In this document: one piece after another, positions 35,354 through 43,843 of the stretch
Numbering within the stretch: the first letter of the stretch is position 1
Layout of the letters: each line of letters starts with the position of its first letter
NCBI GenBank assembly: GCA_003153575.1
Contig: PLZW01000038.1
Coordinates: forward strand, 805 to 64,804
DNA from: Acidimicrobiaceae bacterium
Lineage (GTDB): Bacteria > Actinomycetota > Acidimicrobiia > Acidimicrobiales > RAAP-2
Reading direction: 5' to 3'
DNA length: 64,000 nucleotides
The notes under the pieces: generated by a model
What the model was told of the DNA's origin: nothing
Database searches by the model: none
Seen by the model: the letters and a program-made list of their open reading frames with translations, nothing else
Program-made: the position numbers and the translations under genes

Positions 35354-36597
35354 CGTTGGCCTACGGCGCCGACGGACTGTCGATCGACGTGCCGGACGAC
35401 GCCGTGGTGGTGAACGGTGAGGAAGCGCCTCCGCTGCAGGACGAGGCGGAAGCCATCCGCCGGGCGCTGGCCGCACCGTTGTCCGGACCGGCCCTGGCGG
35501 ACCTGGTGGGGAAAGGGGAGACCGTGGCCGTGGTCTTCCCCGACCTGACCCGGCCGATGCCCAACACCACGGTGCTACCGCCCCTGCTGGCCGAGCTCGC
35601 ACGGCTGGGCGCCGGTCCCGATCGGGTGGAGCTGCTGTGCGCCACCGGGACGCACCGCCAGGCCACACCGGAGGAACTGTCGAACCTGCTCGGCCCGGAC
35701 CTCGTTAGCCGCTACCGGATCCACGACCACCGGGCCGACGACGACGACCACGTCGACGTCGGAGCGGTCGACGGTGCCCGCATCCTGCTCGACCGTCGCT
35801 ACCTGGCCGCCGACGTGCGGATCGTGACCGGCTTCGTCGAGCCGCACTTCTTCGCCGGGTGGAGCGGGGGACCGAAAGCGGTGTGCCCCGGGCTGGCGGC
35901 CACCTCGACCATCCTCGAGGCGCACAGCCCGGCCCGGATCGCCGACCCCGCCGCCACGTGGCTCACCACCGCGGGCAACCCGGTCCACGAGTTCGTCACC
36001 CGGGCGACCGCACTCTGCCCGCCGGACCTCGCCGTCGACGTCACCCTCGACCGTCGGCGCGGCCTGACCGGCGTGTTCGTGGGAGCGCTCCCGGACGGGC
36101 ACCGCGAGGCCTGCGCCTTCGCCGAACGCACGGTCACCACCGTGGTCGATGGTCCCTTCGAGGTGGTGGTCACCACCAACGGCGGCTACCCGTTGGACCG
36201 CAACCTCTACCAGGCGGTCAAGGGCCTGGCCGCGGCCGAACGGGTGGTGGCCGGTGGCGGGACGATCATCCTGGCCGCCGCCTGCCTGGACGGTGTCCCC
36301 GACGGGGGCGCCTTCGCCGGGCTTCTCGCCGGTGCCACCGACGCCGCCTCCCTGGCCCGACCCGGCGGTCCCGCCCGGGTCGATGGTTGGCAGGCCCAGG
36401 TGCTGGGCCGGGTCCTCGAGCGGGCCGAGGTCTGGGTCCGGTCGGACGGGGTGACCGACGACGAGGTCCGGACGGCGCTCATGAACCCGGTGGACGACGT
36501 GTCCGCCGCGGTCCGACAGGCCCTGGACCGCCACGGGCCGGGGGCCCGGGTGTGCGTACTGCCCCGCGGCCCGCTGGCGGTGGCCTCCCTCCTTTAG
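35350..36597 (+). CDS. LarA (nickel-pincer cofactor-dependent 2-hydroxyacid racemase/epimerase) family protein
   Basis: Tail of ORF 34717..36597 starting at GTG 35350 (GTGA overlap; GTG 35344 is an alternative). Motifs: FPDLTRP, CATGTHR, VEPHFFAGWSGGPK-x15-H. The spacing H102/H166/K176/H192 matches H108/H174/K184/H200 of lactate racemase. Confidence 0.85.
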   Translation: MTLAYGADGLSIDVPDDAVVVNGEEAPPLQDEAEAIRRALAAPLSGPALADLVGKGETVAVVFPDLTRPMPNTTVLPPLLAELARLGAGPDRVELLCATGTHRQATPEELSNLLGPDLVSRYRIHDHRADDDDHVDVGAVDGARILLDRRYLAADVRIVTGFVEPHFFAGWSGGPKAVCPGLAATSTILEAHSPARIADPAATWLTTAGNPVHEFVTRATALCPPDLAVDVTLDRRRGLTGVFVGALPDGHREACAFAERTVTTVVDGPFEVVVTTNGGYPLDRNLYQAVKGLAAAERVVAGGGTIILAAACLDGVPDGGAFAGLLAGATDAASLARPGGPARVDGWQAQVLGRVLERAEVWVRSDGVTDDEVRTALMNPVDDVSAAVRQALDRHGPGARVCVLPRGPLAVASLL

Positions 36598-36686
36598 ACG
36601 GTGGAACCGGCGTGGGGCCGACCCGCCGGAGGCCGCGGACCGTCACCGGTGCCCGCCGGACCGCCCGAGGATAGGGTTGCCGTCCA

Positions 36687-38891
36687 ATGGCCGACCAGGT
36701 GCGGTTCGACTTCGCGGTTCCCGACGAGCTGTTGTCCGAGGTCGTAGCTAAAGGCCGCCATAGCGAGGCCATCGCCGACCTGGCCGTGATGCCCGGCACG
36801 GGCGAGGGCAAGCCCCCGCCGCTGGCCGGGATCCTCCGTCAGTACGGGTACGCACCCCTGGCGTTGCTGACGGCTGCGGCCATCGTCCCCAACACGTTCG
36901 GCAACGGGATCTCGCTCATCGGCAACAACCTCGAGCACTCGTTCCACATCCACGATGCGGCGTTGGGTGCCCTCACCTTCGCAGCCGCCGTAGCGCAGCT
37001 GTTGTGGGCGGTGCCGCTCGCCTTGTGGGCGGACCGGGGGAGCCGCAAGGTGGTGGCCGGGGTGGCCCTCCTGATCTTCTCCGTGGTCGCGCCGTTGATG
37101 GCGCTCGCCACCAACGTGTGGACGTTCACGTTCTTGTACCTGATCGCCTCGGTGGGATTCAACGTGAGCGAGACCGTCCACAACTCGTACCTGTCCGACG
37201 CCTATCCGATGGAGGGGCGCGGACGGATCTTCAGTTGGCACAACCTCTCGGATCCACTGTCCCTCACCATCGGCATCCTGATCTTCGGACTGGTGGTGAC
37301 CGTCGGGCACAGCTGGCGGTGGGGCATGCTGATCCCCCTGGCCGGGATCCCCATCGCCCTGGCGGTGTTCACGCTGCGCGAGCCGGACAAGGGCCAGAAC
37401 GAATCGAGCCACATCTTGAAGGCGTCGGGGATGGACCTCCACAGCCAGCAGGAGGAGGCCCCCCGGGTGCTGCTCGGATCGGCGGTCACCCGCCTGCTCC
37501 GTATCCGCTCGATCTACTACGAACTGGCCGCAGTGGCCATCCTGGGGTTCGCCGGCACCGGCGGACCCCTGTTCGGCAACCTCTACTTCGTCCGTCGGTG
37601 GGGGCTCGACACCGCCCAGAGGAGCGAGGTCTACGCCATCATCGGGCTGGCCGCGTTCGTCGGCCTCCCGGTCGCCTACGTGCTCGGGGACCGCATGTTC
37701 CGTCGGGCTCCGGAGCGGCCGCTCGTGATCGCCGCGGGGTGCATCACGGCCTACGGCGTGCTGTTCGTCACCTCGCTCTACATGCCCCAGCTGTGGATGG
37801 TCGTCACCCTCCAGCTGCTGGCCAGTGCGGCCATCTCGCCGTTGGCCATCTGCATCTTCCTCACCCTCGCCGCCACGGCCCCGGCCGAGATGCGGACCAT
37901 CTGCTTCGCCATGTTCGGCGTCTACGCCCTCGTGTTCGGCGGCTTCGCCGGTGGCGTCCTGCTCGGCGCGGTCAGCGACGCGGCCGGCTACCTCCACGGC
38001 CCCACCGTCGCCCTCACGCTGATCGGACCGGTCTGCGTGGTCGGCGGGATCATGCTCCTCCTCGGGTCGCGGCACGTGAAGCGCGACATCACGATGGTCA
38101 TCGAGGATGTTCTGGAGCGCCACGCCGAGGGACAGCGCCGCCAGGCCGGGCATGCCGTGCCCGCCCTGCAGGTCCACAACCTCGACGTCTTCTACGGCGA
38201 CAACCAGGTCCTGTTCGACGTCGACTTCGAAGTCGCCCCCGGTGAGATCGTGGCCCTGCTCGGCACCAACGGCGCCGGCAAGTCCACCCTGCTCCGGACG
38301 GTGGCCGGGCTGCAGCACCCGCACCGCGGGGTGATCCGCATCGCGGGGGTCACGTGCACCTACCTCGAACCCGAGCAGATCATCGACCGGGGCGTGGCCC
38401 TCCTGTTGGGCGGGAAGATGACCTTCCCCGGGCTGACCGTGCAGGAGAACCTCCATATCGGTGCGTACTCCATGCGCCGAGACCGTGCCCGGTCAGGAGG
38501 GGCGGTGGCCGAAGCGCTCGATCGCTTTCCGGAGCTGGCGGCCAAGCTCCGCCAACCGGCCGGCACCCTCTCGGGCGGGGAGCAGCAGATGCTGGCCCTG
38601 GCCCGGGTCATGATCACCGGTCCCGACCTGCTCCTGATCGACGAACTGGCATTGGGCCTGGCCCCGATGGCGGTCGACCGGTTGACGGACCTGATCCGCG
38701 AGGTCAACGGGGCGGGCACCACGGTCGTCCTGGTGGAACAGAGCGTCAACCGGGCCATGACCCTGGCCCGCCGGGCCGTCTTCCTCGAACGGGGCGAGGT
38801 CCGCTTCGACGGCTCCATCGACGGCCTCCTCGAACGGCCCGACCTGTTGCGACCGGTCTTCCTCGGTGCGGCGACGGACGGCCTCGGGTAG
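36687..38891 (+). CDS. Fusion protein: N-terminal 12-TM MFS-like domain plus C-terminal LivF-type ABC ATPase
   Basis: A single 734-codon ORF. It has twelve hydrophobic segments with a central hydrophilic loop, then Walker A GTNGAGKST, signature LSGGEQQML, and Walker B LLLIDELALGL. Confidence 0.85.
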   Translation: MADQVRFDFAVPDELLSEVVAKGRHSEAIADLAVMPGTGEGKPPPLAGILRQYGYAPLALLTAAAIVPNTFGNGISLIGNNLEHSFHIHDAALGALTFAAAVAQLLWAVPLALWADRGSRKVVAGVALLIFSVVAPLMALATNVWTFTFLYLIASVGFNVSETVHNSYLSDAYPMEGRGRIFSWHNLSDPLSLTIGILIFGLVVTVGHSWRWGMLIPLAGIPIALAVFTLREPDKGQNESSHILKASGMDLHSQQEEAPRVLLGSAVTRLLRIRSIYYELAAVAILGFAGTGGPLFGNLYFVRRWGLDTAQRSEVYAIIGLAAFVGLPVAYVLGDRMFRRAPERPLVIAAGCITAYGVLFVTSLYMPQLWMVVTLQLLASAAISPLAICIFLTLAATAPAEMRTICFAMFGVYALVFGGFAGGVLLGAVSDAAGYLHGPTVALTLIGPVCVVGGIMLLLGSRHVKRDITMVIEDVLERHAEGQRRQAGHAVPALQVHNLDVFYGDNQVLFDVDFEVAPGEIVALLGTNGAGKSTLLRTVAGLQHPHRGVIRIAGVTCTYLEPEQIIDRGVALLLGGKMTFPGLTVQENLHIGAYSMRRDRARSGGAVAEALDRFPELAAKLRQPAGTLSGGEQQMLALARVMITGPDLLLIDELALGLAPMAVDRLTDLIREVNGAGTTVVLVEQSVNRAMTLARRAVFLERGEVRFDGSIDGLLERPDLLRPVFLGAATDGLG

Positions 38892-38897
38892 GCGACG

Positions 38898-40889
38898 GTG
38901 TCGATCCCCGGATTCGTCCTGGTCCAAGGGGCGGTCACCGGCCTGATCTATGGGCTGCTGGCCATGGGCCTGGTGCTCATCTACCGGTCCAACCGGGTGC
39001 TCAACTTCGCCCAGGGCCAACTCGGGGTGGTGGCGGCCGTCTTCCTGGTCAAGTGCTACTACGACTTCGGGTTCAACTACTGGTTCGCCCTGGCCCTGGC
39101 CCTGGCCCTGGCCGTCGCCATGGGGTCATTGAGCGAGCTGCTGCTCCGACGGCTGTCCACCCGACCCCGGGTCCTGGTCATGGTGGCCACCATCGGGCTC
39201 AGTCAGGTCCTCTTCGTCTTCACCGCCCTGCCGTTCATCCGGCCCAAGAGCCTCTTCCGGGCCTTTCCCGTCCCGATCGACCTCAGCTTCCACGTGGGGA
39301 CGTACCTGTTCACGCCGGGAGAGGCCCTGGCTCTCATCGCCGCACCGTTGGTGGCGCTGGGCCTGGTGGCCTTCGTGCGGTGGTCGCCGTGGGGCCTGGC
39401 CATGCGGGCCACCACCGAGAACAGCGATTCGGCCCGCCTCTCGGGGGTGTGGGTCCGGCGCACGTCGAATGTGGCCTGGATGCTGGCCGGCCTGCTCTCG
39501 GCCTTCACGGCCATCCTGGCCGCACCGGGCCAGACGTCGTCGCTGACCGAGGTGCTCAATCCCGAGCTGCTGCTGTTGGCCCTGACCGCGGCCATGGTCG
39601 GGGCCATGGTGAACCTGACCACGGCCTTCATAGCGGCCATCGGCGTGGGCGTGATCCAGGAGATCCTGGTGTGGAACCTCCACAGCACTGCCCAGGTCGA
39701 CCTGGTCCTCTTCCTGATGGTGTCGGCGGTGCTGCTGGTGCGGATCGCCGCCCTGCAGTTCGGCGGGGGCGGCGACGCCACCATCGCCTGGCCGGAGGAG
39801 TCCCGGGCCGCCGTGCGCGTACCCGATGCCCTGCGGCGACGGGTCTCTTCGACCGGTGTCGTCGCCACGGTGGTGGTGGTGGCCCTGTTGCCACTGGTGA
39901 TCAGCACCGGGCGGTCGTTCCTGCTCTCCCAGATCTGCATCTACGCCATGGTCGCCCTGTCGCTGACGGTGCTCACCGGATGGGCCGGCCAAGTGTCGCT
40001 CGGGCAGTTCGGGCTGGTGGCCTGCGGTGCGCTGGTGGCCACCCATCTCGGCTCCAGCGTTCCGCTGGTCCTGCTCCTCCCTTTCGCCGGTGCCGTCACC
40101 GCGGTGATCGCCGTGGTGATCGGCCTGCCCGCTCTCCGGGTGCGCGGGCTCTATCTGGCCGTCAGCACCCTGGCCTTCAGCCTGTGGTTCATGCAGTCGG
40201 TGCTCGCCACCCCGTGCTGGACCGCCCCCGTGGTGGGCCGGCTGCTGTGCACGGGCCTGCCCAACCCGGAGTCGACGTTGCTGGCCCGGCCCAGCTTCCT
40301 CGGGTTGAGCCTCCAGTCGGAGCGGGCCTTCGCCTGGTTCTCGCTGGCCGTCCTGGTGGCCACCATCCTGATGGTCCAGATGTGGCGTGACCGCGGCGTG
40401 GCCCGTCGGTTGATCGCCGTCCGGGACAACGAGATCGGGGCGGCCGCCATGGGGGTGCCCGTGGCCCGGACCAAGTTGCTGGCGTTCGCCCTCTCGGGGT
40501 TCATCGCCGGATACGCCGGCGTCTGCCTGGCATTCGCCACCCAACGGATCTCGACGGCCACCTTCGATCCCACCCTCTCCATCCTGGCCGTCTCGATGGT
40601 GGTCATCGGCGGGCTGGGCTCGGTCAGCGGGGCCGTCCTGGGCGCGCTCTACCTGGTCGGACTGCCCGCCCTGGCCGGCACCACGCCGACCATCCAGTTC
40701 CTGACCAGTGGCCTCGGACTCCTGGTGTTCATCCTCTACCTGCCCGGCGGTCTGGCCGAGCTGCTGCACCGGTTCGGCGATCTGGTGACCGATGGCATCC
40801 GGAACCTCCGGAGCGAACGGCATCCGGGCTCCGGTGGCGACACTGCCGGTGCCGGGGACGTACCGGTGGCCGGGGGCGTCACCGGATGA
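38898..40889 (+). CDS. Fused LivH-LivM type branched-chain amino acid ABC permease
   Basis: 663 aa with a GTG start. It has two permease halves (LNFAQGQLGVVAAVF... and GQVSLGQFGLVACGA...). Confidence 0.88.
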   Translation: MSIPGFVLVQGAVTGLIYGLLAMGLVLIYRSNRVLNFAQGQLGVVAAVFLVKCYYDFGFNYWFALALALALAVAMGSLSELLLRRLSTRPRVLVMVATIGLSQVLFVFTALPFIRPKSLFRAFPVPIDLSFHVGTYLFTPGEALALIAAPLVALGLVAFVRWSPWGLAMRATTENSDSARLSGVWVRRTSNVAWMLAGLLSAFTAILAAPGQTSSLTEVLNPELLLLALTAAMVGAMVNLTTAFIAAIGVGVIQEILVWNLHSTAQVDLVLFLMVSAVLLVRIAALQFGGGGDATIAWPEESRAAVRVPDALRRRVSSTGVVATVVVVALLPLVISTGRSFLLSQICIYAMVALSLTVLTGWAGQVSLGQFGLVACGALVATHLGSSVPLVLLLPFAGAVTAVIAVVIGLPALRVRGLYLAVSTLAFSLWFMQSVLATPCWTAPVVGRLLCTGLPNPESTLLARPSFLGLSLQSERAFAWFSLAVLVATILMVQMWRDRGVARRLIAVRDNEIGAAAMGVPVARTKLLAFALSGFIAGYAGVCLAFATQRISTATFDPTLSILAVSMVVIGGLGSVSGAVLGALYLVGLPALAGTTPTIQFLTSGLGLLVFILYLPGGLAELLHRFGDLVTDGIRNLRSERHPGSGGDTAGAGDVPVAGGVTG

Positions 40890-41794
40890 GCGACCCGGAT
40901 CCGCACACGGCGTCCGCAGGGCCGGCCCATCTGGACGTGACCGGCGTGTCGGTCCGCTTCGGCGGGGTCGAGGCGCTCGACGGGGTCGACCTGGTGGCCG
41001 AGCCCGGGTCGATCGTGGGCCTCATCGGACCCAACGGGTCCGGCAAGACCACGTTGCTCAACGTGATCTCGGGTCTCGTCCATCCGAGCCACGGCTCCGT
41101 CCGACTCGACGGCGAGGCGCTCGATGGCTACCTGCCCGAGGAGCGGGCCGGCGTCGGTGTGATCCGGTCGTTCCAGGACTGCCGCCTCTTCCCGGACCTC
41201 TCGGTCCGTGACGTCCTGTTGGTGGCCCTCGACGCGCACCGCCCGGTGGGGGTGGCGGCCTCCACCCTCCAGATGCCTTGGGCCCGACGGTCCGAGCGGG
41301 AGAAGCGCTCCGACGTCGAGCGGGTGATCGAGTCCTTCCGGATCGGGCCGTTCCGGCACCACCGGATCTCCCAGCTGTCGACCGGCACCCGGCGGGTGGT
41401 CGACCTGGCCTCCATCGTCCTCGCCCGGCCCCGCCTGCTGCTGCTCGACGAGCCGACAGCCGGCATCGCCCAACGCGAGGCGGAAGCCTTCGGCCCGTTG
41501 CTGTCCCGTCTCCGCGACGTGGCCGACACCACCATCGTCCTGGTCGAACACGACGTCCCGCTGGTCTTCGCCCTGTGCACCCAGGTGGTCATGGTGGCGT
41601 CGGGGCGGGTGGTGTCCTCGGGCACGCCGGACGAGGTGGCGGCCGATCCCCGTGCGGTGGCCGCCTATCTGGGGGCCAGCGAGTCAGCCCTGGCCGTGTC
41701 GGGCGCCCGGCCCGGGGTCGGGTCAGTCCCGGGCGGGCATGGCCGGGCCGAAGGGGACGTCCCCGCACAAGGTGACCCGGTGGGCGATGCGTAA
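40886..41794 (+). CDS. LivG-type ABC ATPase
   Basis: ATGA overlap with the permease gene. Motifs: Walker A GPNGSGKTT, LSTGTRR, Walker B LLLLDEPTAGI, and a family-typical AAYLG near the end followed by a ~35-aa tail. Confidence 0.88.
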   Translation: MSDPDPHTASAGPAHLDVTGVSVRFGGVEALDGVDLVAEPGSIVGLIGPNGSGKTTLLNVISGLVHPSHGSVRLDGEALDGYLPEERAGVGVIRSFQDCRLFPDLSVRDVLLVALDAHRPVGVAASTLQMPWARRSEREKRSDVERVIESFRIGPFRHHRISQLSTGTRRVVDLASIVLARPRLLLLDEPTAGIAQREAEAFGPLLSRLRDVADTTIVLVEHDVPLVFALCTQVVMVASGRVVSSGTPDEVAADPRAVAAYLGASESALAVSGARPGVGSVPGGHGRAEGDVPAQGDPVGDA

Positions 41795-42583
41795 CTCGTC
41801 GCCGTAGTCGTCGAGGGCGTAGTGGAGCGTGGCCCGGTTGTCCCAGAAGGCCACCGAACCCGGCCGCCACCGGAAGCGGCAGGTGAGCTCCGGCTGTTGG
41901 CAGTGGCGGTACAGCATGGCGAGGATGGCGTCGCTCTCGTTGGTGGAGCACCCGAGGATGGTTTTGGTGAACTGGGGGTTCACGAACAGACCCTTCCGAC
42001 CGTTCTCGGGATGGGTGCGGACCACCGGGTGGATGGCGGGCAGCAACTTGTCGATGTGCACCCCCATCCATTCGAAGCCGCCCCGCTCGTCGACGTCGGC
42101 CGCGAACCAGGGGTCGTGGTGGACGGCGATCAAGGTGTCGCACATGGCGCGGACCGGCTCGGCCAGTCGGTCGTAGGCGTCCTGGAGGCTGGCCCACGTG
42201 GTGTCGCCCCCGACCTCGGGACAGGTGGCCATGTAGAGGATCGAGCCCATGGGCGGCGTCTGCAGGAAGGTCACGTCGGTGTGCCACCAGTTGGCCCGGT
42301 CGTCGCGGCCGTCGATGGCCAGCACCTCGGGTGCGCCCTCGAGGGCGGGGATGACCGGGTGACCCTCGGTGGGCGTGCCGAACTGCCGGGCGAAGTCGGC
42401 CTGTTGGGTCGGGGAGAGCTCCTGGTCGCGGAAGAAGACGACGTGGTGGGCGTTGAGCGCGGCCCGGACCTGGCCGATGGCCAGGTCGCTCAAGGGGCGT
42501 GACAGGTCGAGGCCGAAGAGCTCGGCGCCGATCAGGGGCGAGAGGGGCCGTACCTCCACCTCCTGCCCGACCGTGTCCGTCAC
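41723..42583 (-). CDS. TauD/TfdA family Fe(II)/2-oxoglutarate dioxygenase
   Basis: 286 aa. Motifs: WHTDVTF (HxD), WDNRATLH, RVTLCGDVP. Confidence 0.92.
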   Translation of the reverse strand: MTDTVGQEVEVRPLSPLIGAELFGLDLSRPLSDLAIGQVRAALNAHHVVFFRDQELSPTQQADFARQFGTPTEGHPVIPALEGAPEVLAIDGRDDRANWWHTDVTFLQTPPMGSILYMATCPEVGGDTTWASLQDAYDRLAEPVRAMCDTLIAVHHDPWFAADVDERGGFEWMGVHIDKLLPAIHPVVRTHPENGRKGLFVNPQFTKTILGCSTNESDAILAMLYRHCQQPELTCRFRWRPGSVAFWDNRATLHYALDDYGDELRIAHRVTLCGDVPFGPAMPARD

Positions 42584-42734
42584 AGTGCCAAGTGTGCCCC
42601 ACCGGGAACGGTGTCACAACCGGTCACAGTGGGCCGTTCTCACACCGCACCGTTGTGGCAGCGTAGGAGGGTGCCGCCGGGTTCGGACGGGGACACGATC
42701 CGGATTTGCCGCACGACCAGGAGGACGACCGACC

Positions 42735-43751
42735 GTGACCGCCCCGATGACACGCCCGCGGAACTTCTCCCCCTGGTTCCAGGTGGTGACCCGTCTGGCC
42801 GCGACCGTTGAGGCGGATCCCCTCCCGGACGCCGATCTGGCGTCGTTCGAAACGTGGCGGACCCGCTTCGAACGTCAGCTCGAGGACCGGCTCGGCCCCT
42901 GGCCCGACCTCGTTGCCACCAATGTGGAGATCGACGAGGGAGAGGCGGCCGAGGGCTTCCGGCGGCACCGCCTGGTGCTGGACACCGAGGACACCATGTC
43001 GGTGCCGGCCTTCCTGTTGGTACCCGACGGTCGCCAAACTCCGGGGTCGGCGGTGCTGGCCGTCCACGGACACGGACCCGGAAAGTCCCGGATCTGCGGC
43101 GTCGAGCCGGGCGACGAGCCGGGGAACGACTATGCGGCCGAGCTGGCCCGGCGGGGCCACGTCGTGCTGGCGCCCGACCTGCGCTGCTTCGGGGAGCGCC
43201 TCGACTGGAATCCGGAGGACCACTACGCCTGCGACACCAACTTGGTGCACCAGGTCATGGCCGGCTGGAGCCCGCTGACCCAGAACCTGTGGGACCTGAT
43301 GCGGTGCCTCGATGTGCTGGCCGGGCACCCGCTGGTCGACGGGGAGCGCATGGGCGTGGTCGGGTTCTCCTACGGCGGGACCATGTCCCTGTTCCTGGCC
43401 GCGTGCGATGAGCGGGTGGCCGCTGCCGTGGTGAGCGGGTACTTCTCGTCCTGGGCCGAGTCGCACAAGATGCCGTGGAACATGTGTGGTTCCCAGGTGC
43501 TCCCCGACATGCTCGGACAGATGGAGCACGCCGACATCGGCGCGTTGATCGCCCCGCGGCCGTTGCTGGTCTCGAGCGGCCGCGACGACCCGCTGTTCCC
43601 GATCGCCGCGTCGACCGGATCGGTGGCCCGGCTCCGTCGGGTCTATGAGCACCTGGGCGCCGGTCACGCCCTGGAGCACGAGGTCTTCGACGGCGAGCAC
43701 CAGTGGCACGGGGATGCGGCCTACACCTTCATCGACGAGCGGCTCGCCTGA
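42735..43751 (+). CDS. Alpha/beta hydrolase (acetyl-xylan-esterase / dienelactone-hydrolase-like)
   Basis: ORF 42369..43751 trimmed to GTG 42735 (AGGAGG SD 10 nt upstream). It has the nucleophile elbow GFSYGG. Confidence 0.8.
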   Translation: MTAPMTRPRNFSPWFQVVTRLAATVEADPLPDADLASFETWRTRFERQLEDRLGPWPDLVATNVEIDEGEAAEGFRRHRLVLDTEDTMSVPAFLLVPDGRQTPGSAVLAVHGHGPGKSRICGVEPGDEPGNDYAAELARRGHVVLAPDLRCFGERLDWNPEDHYACDTNLVHQVMAGWSPLTQNLWDLMRCLDVLAGHPLVDGERMGVVGFSYGGTMSLFLAACDERVAAAVVSGYFSSWAESHKMPWNMCGSQVLPDMLGQMEHADIGALIAPRPLLVSSGRDDPLFPIAASTGSVARLRRVYEHLGAGHALEHEVFDGEHQWHGDAAYTFIDERLA

Positions 43752-43800
43752 GTCGGCTCATCCGGGGCGGAACGCTGAGTCGGCCCATCTGAGCCGCATA

Positions 43801-43819
43801 CTGCGCATGGGCTGCGCAG
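43801..43819. terminator. Hairpin between convergent genes (CTGCGCA-tgggc-TGCGCAG)
   Basis: 7-bp perfect stem with a 5-nt loop, read directly. There is no U-tract. Confidence 0.3.
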
Positions 43820-43843
43820 GAACAGACGTCCCGCCGGTGGGAA

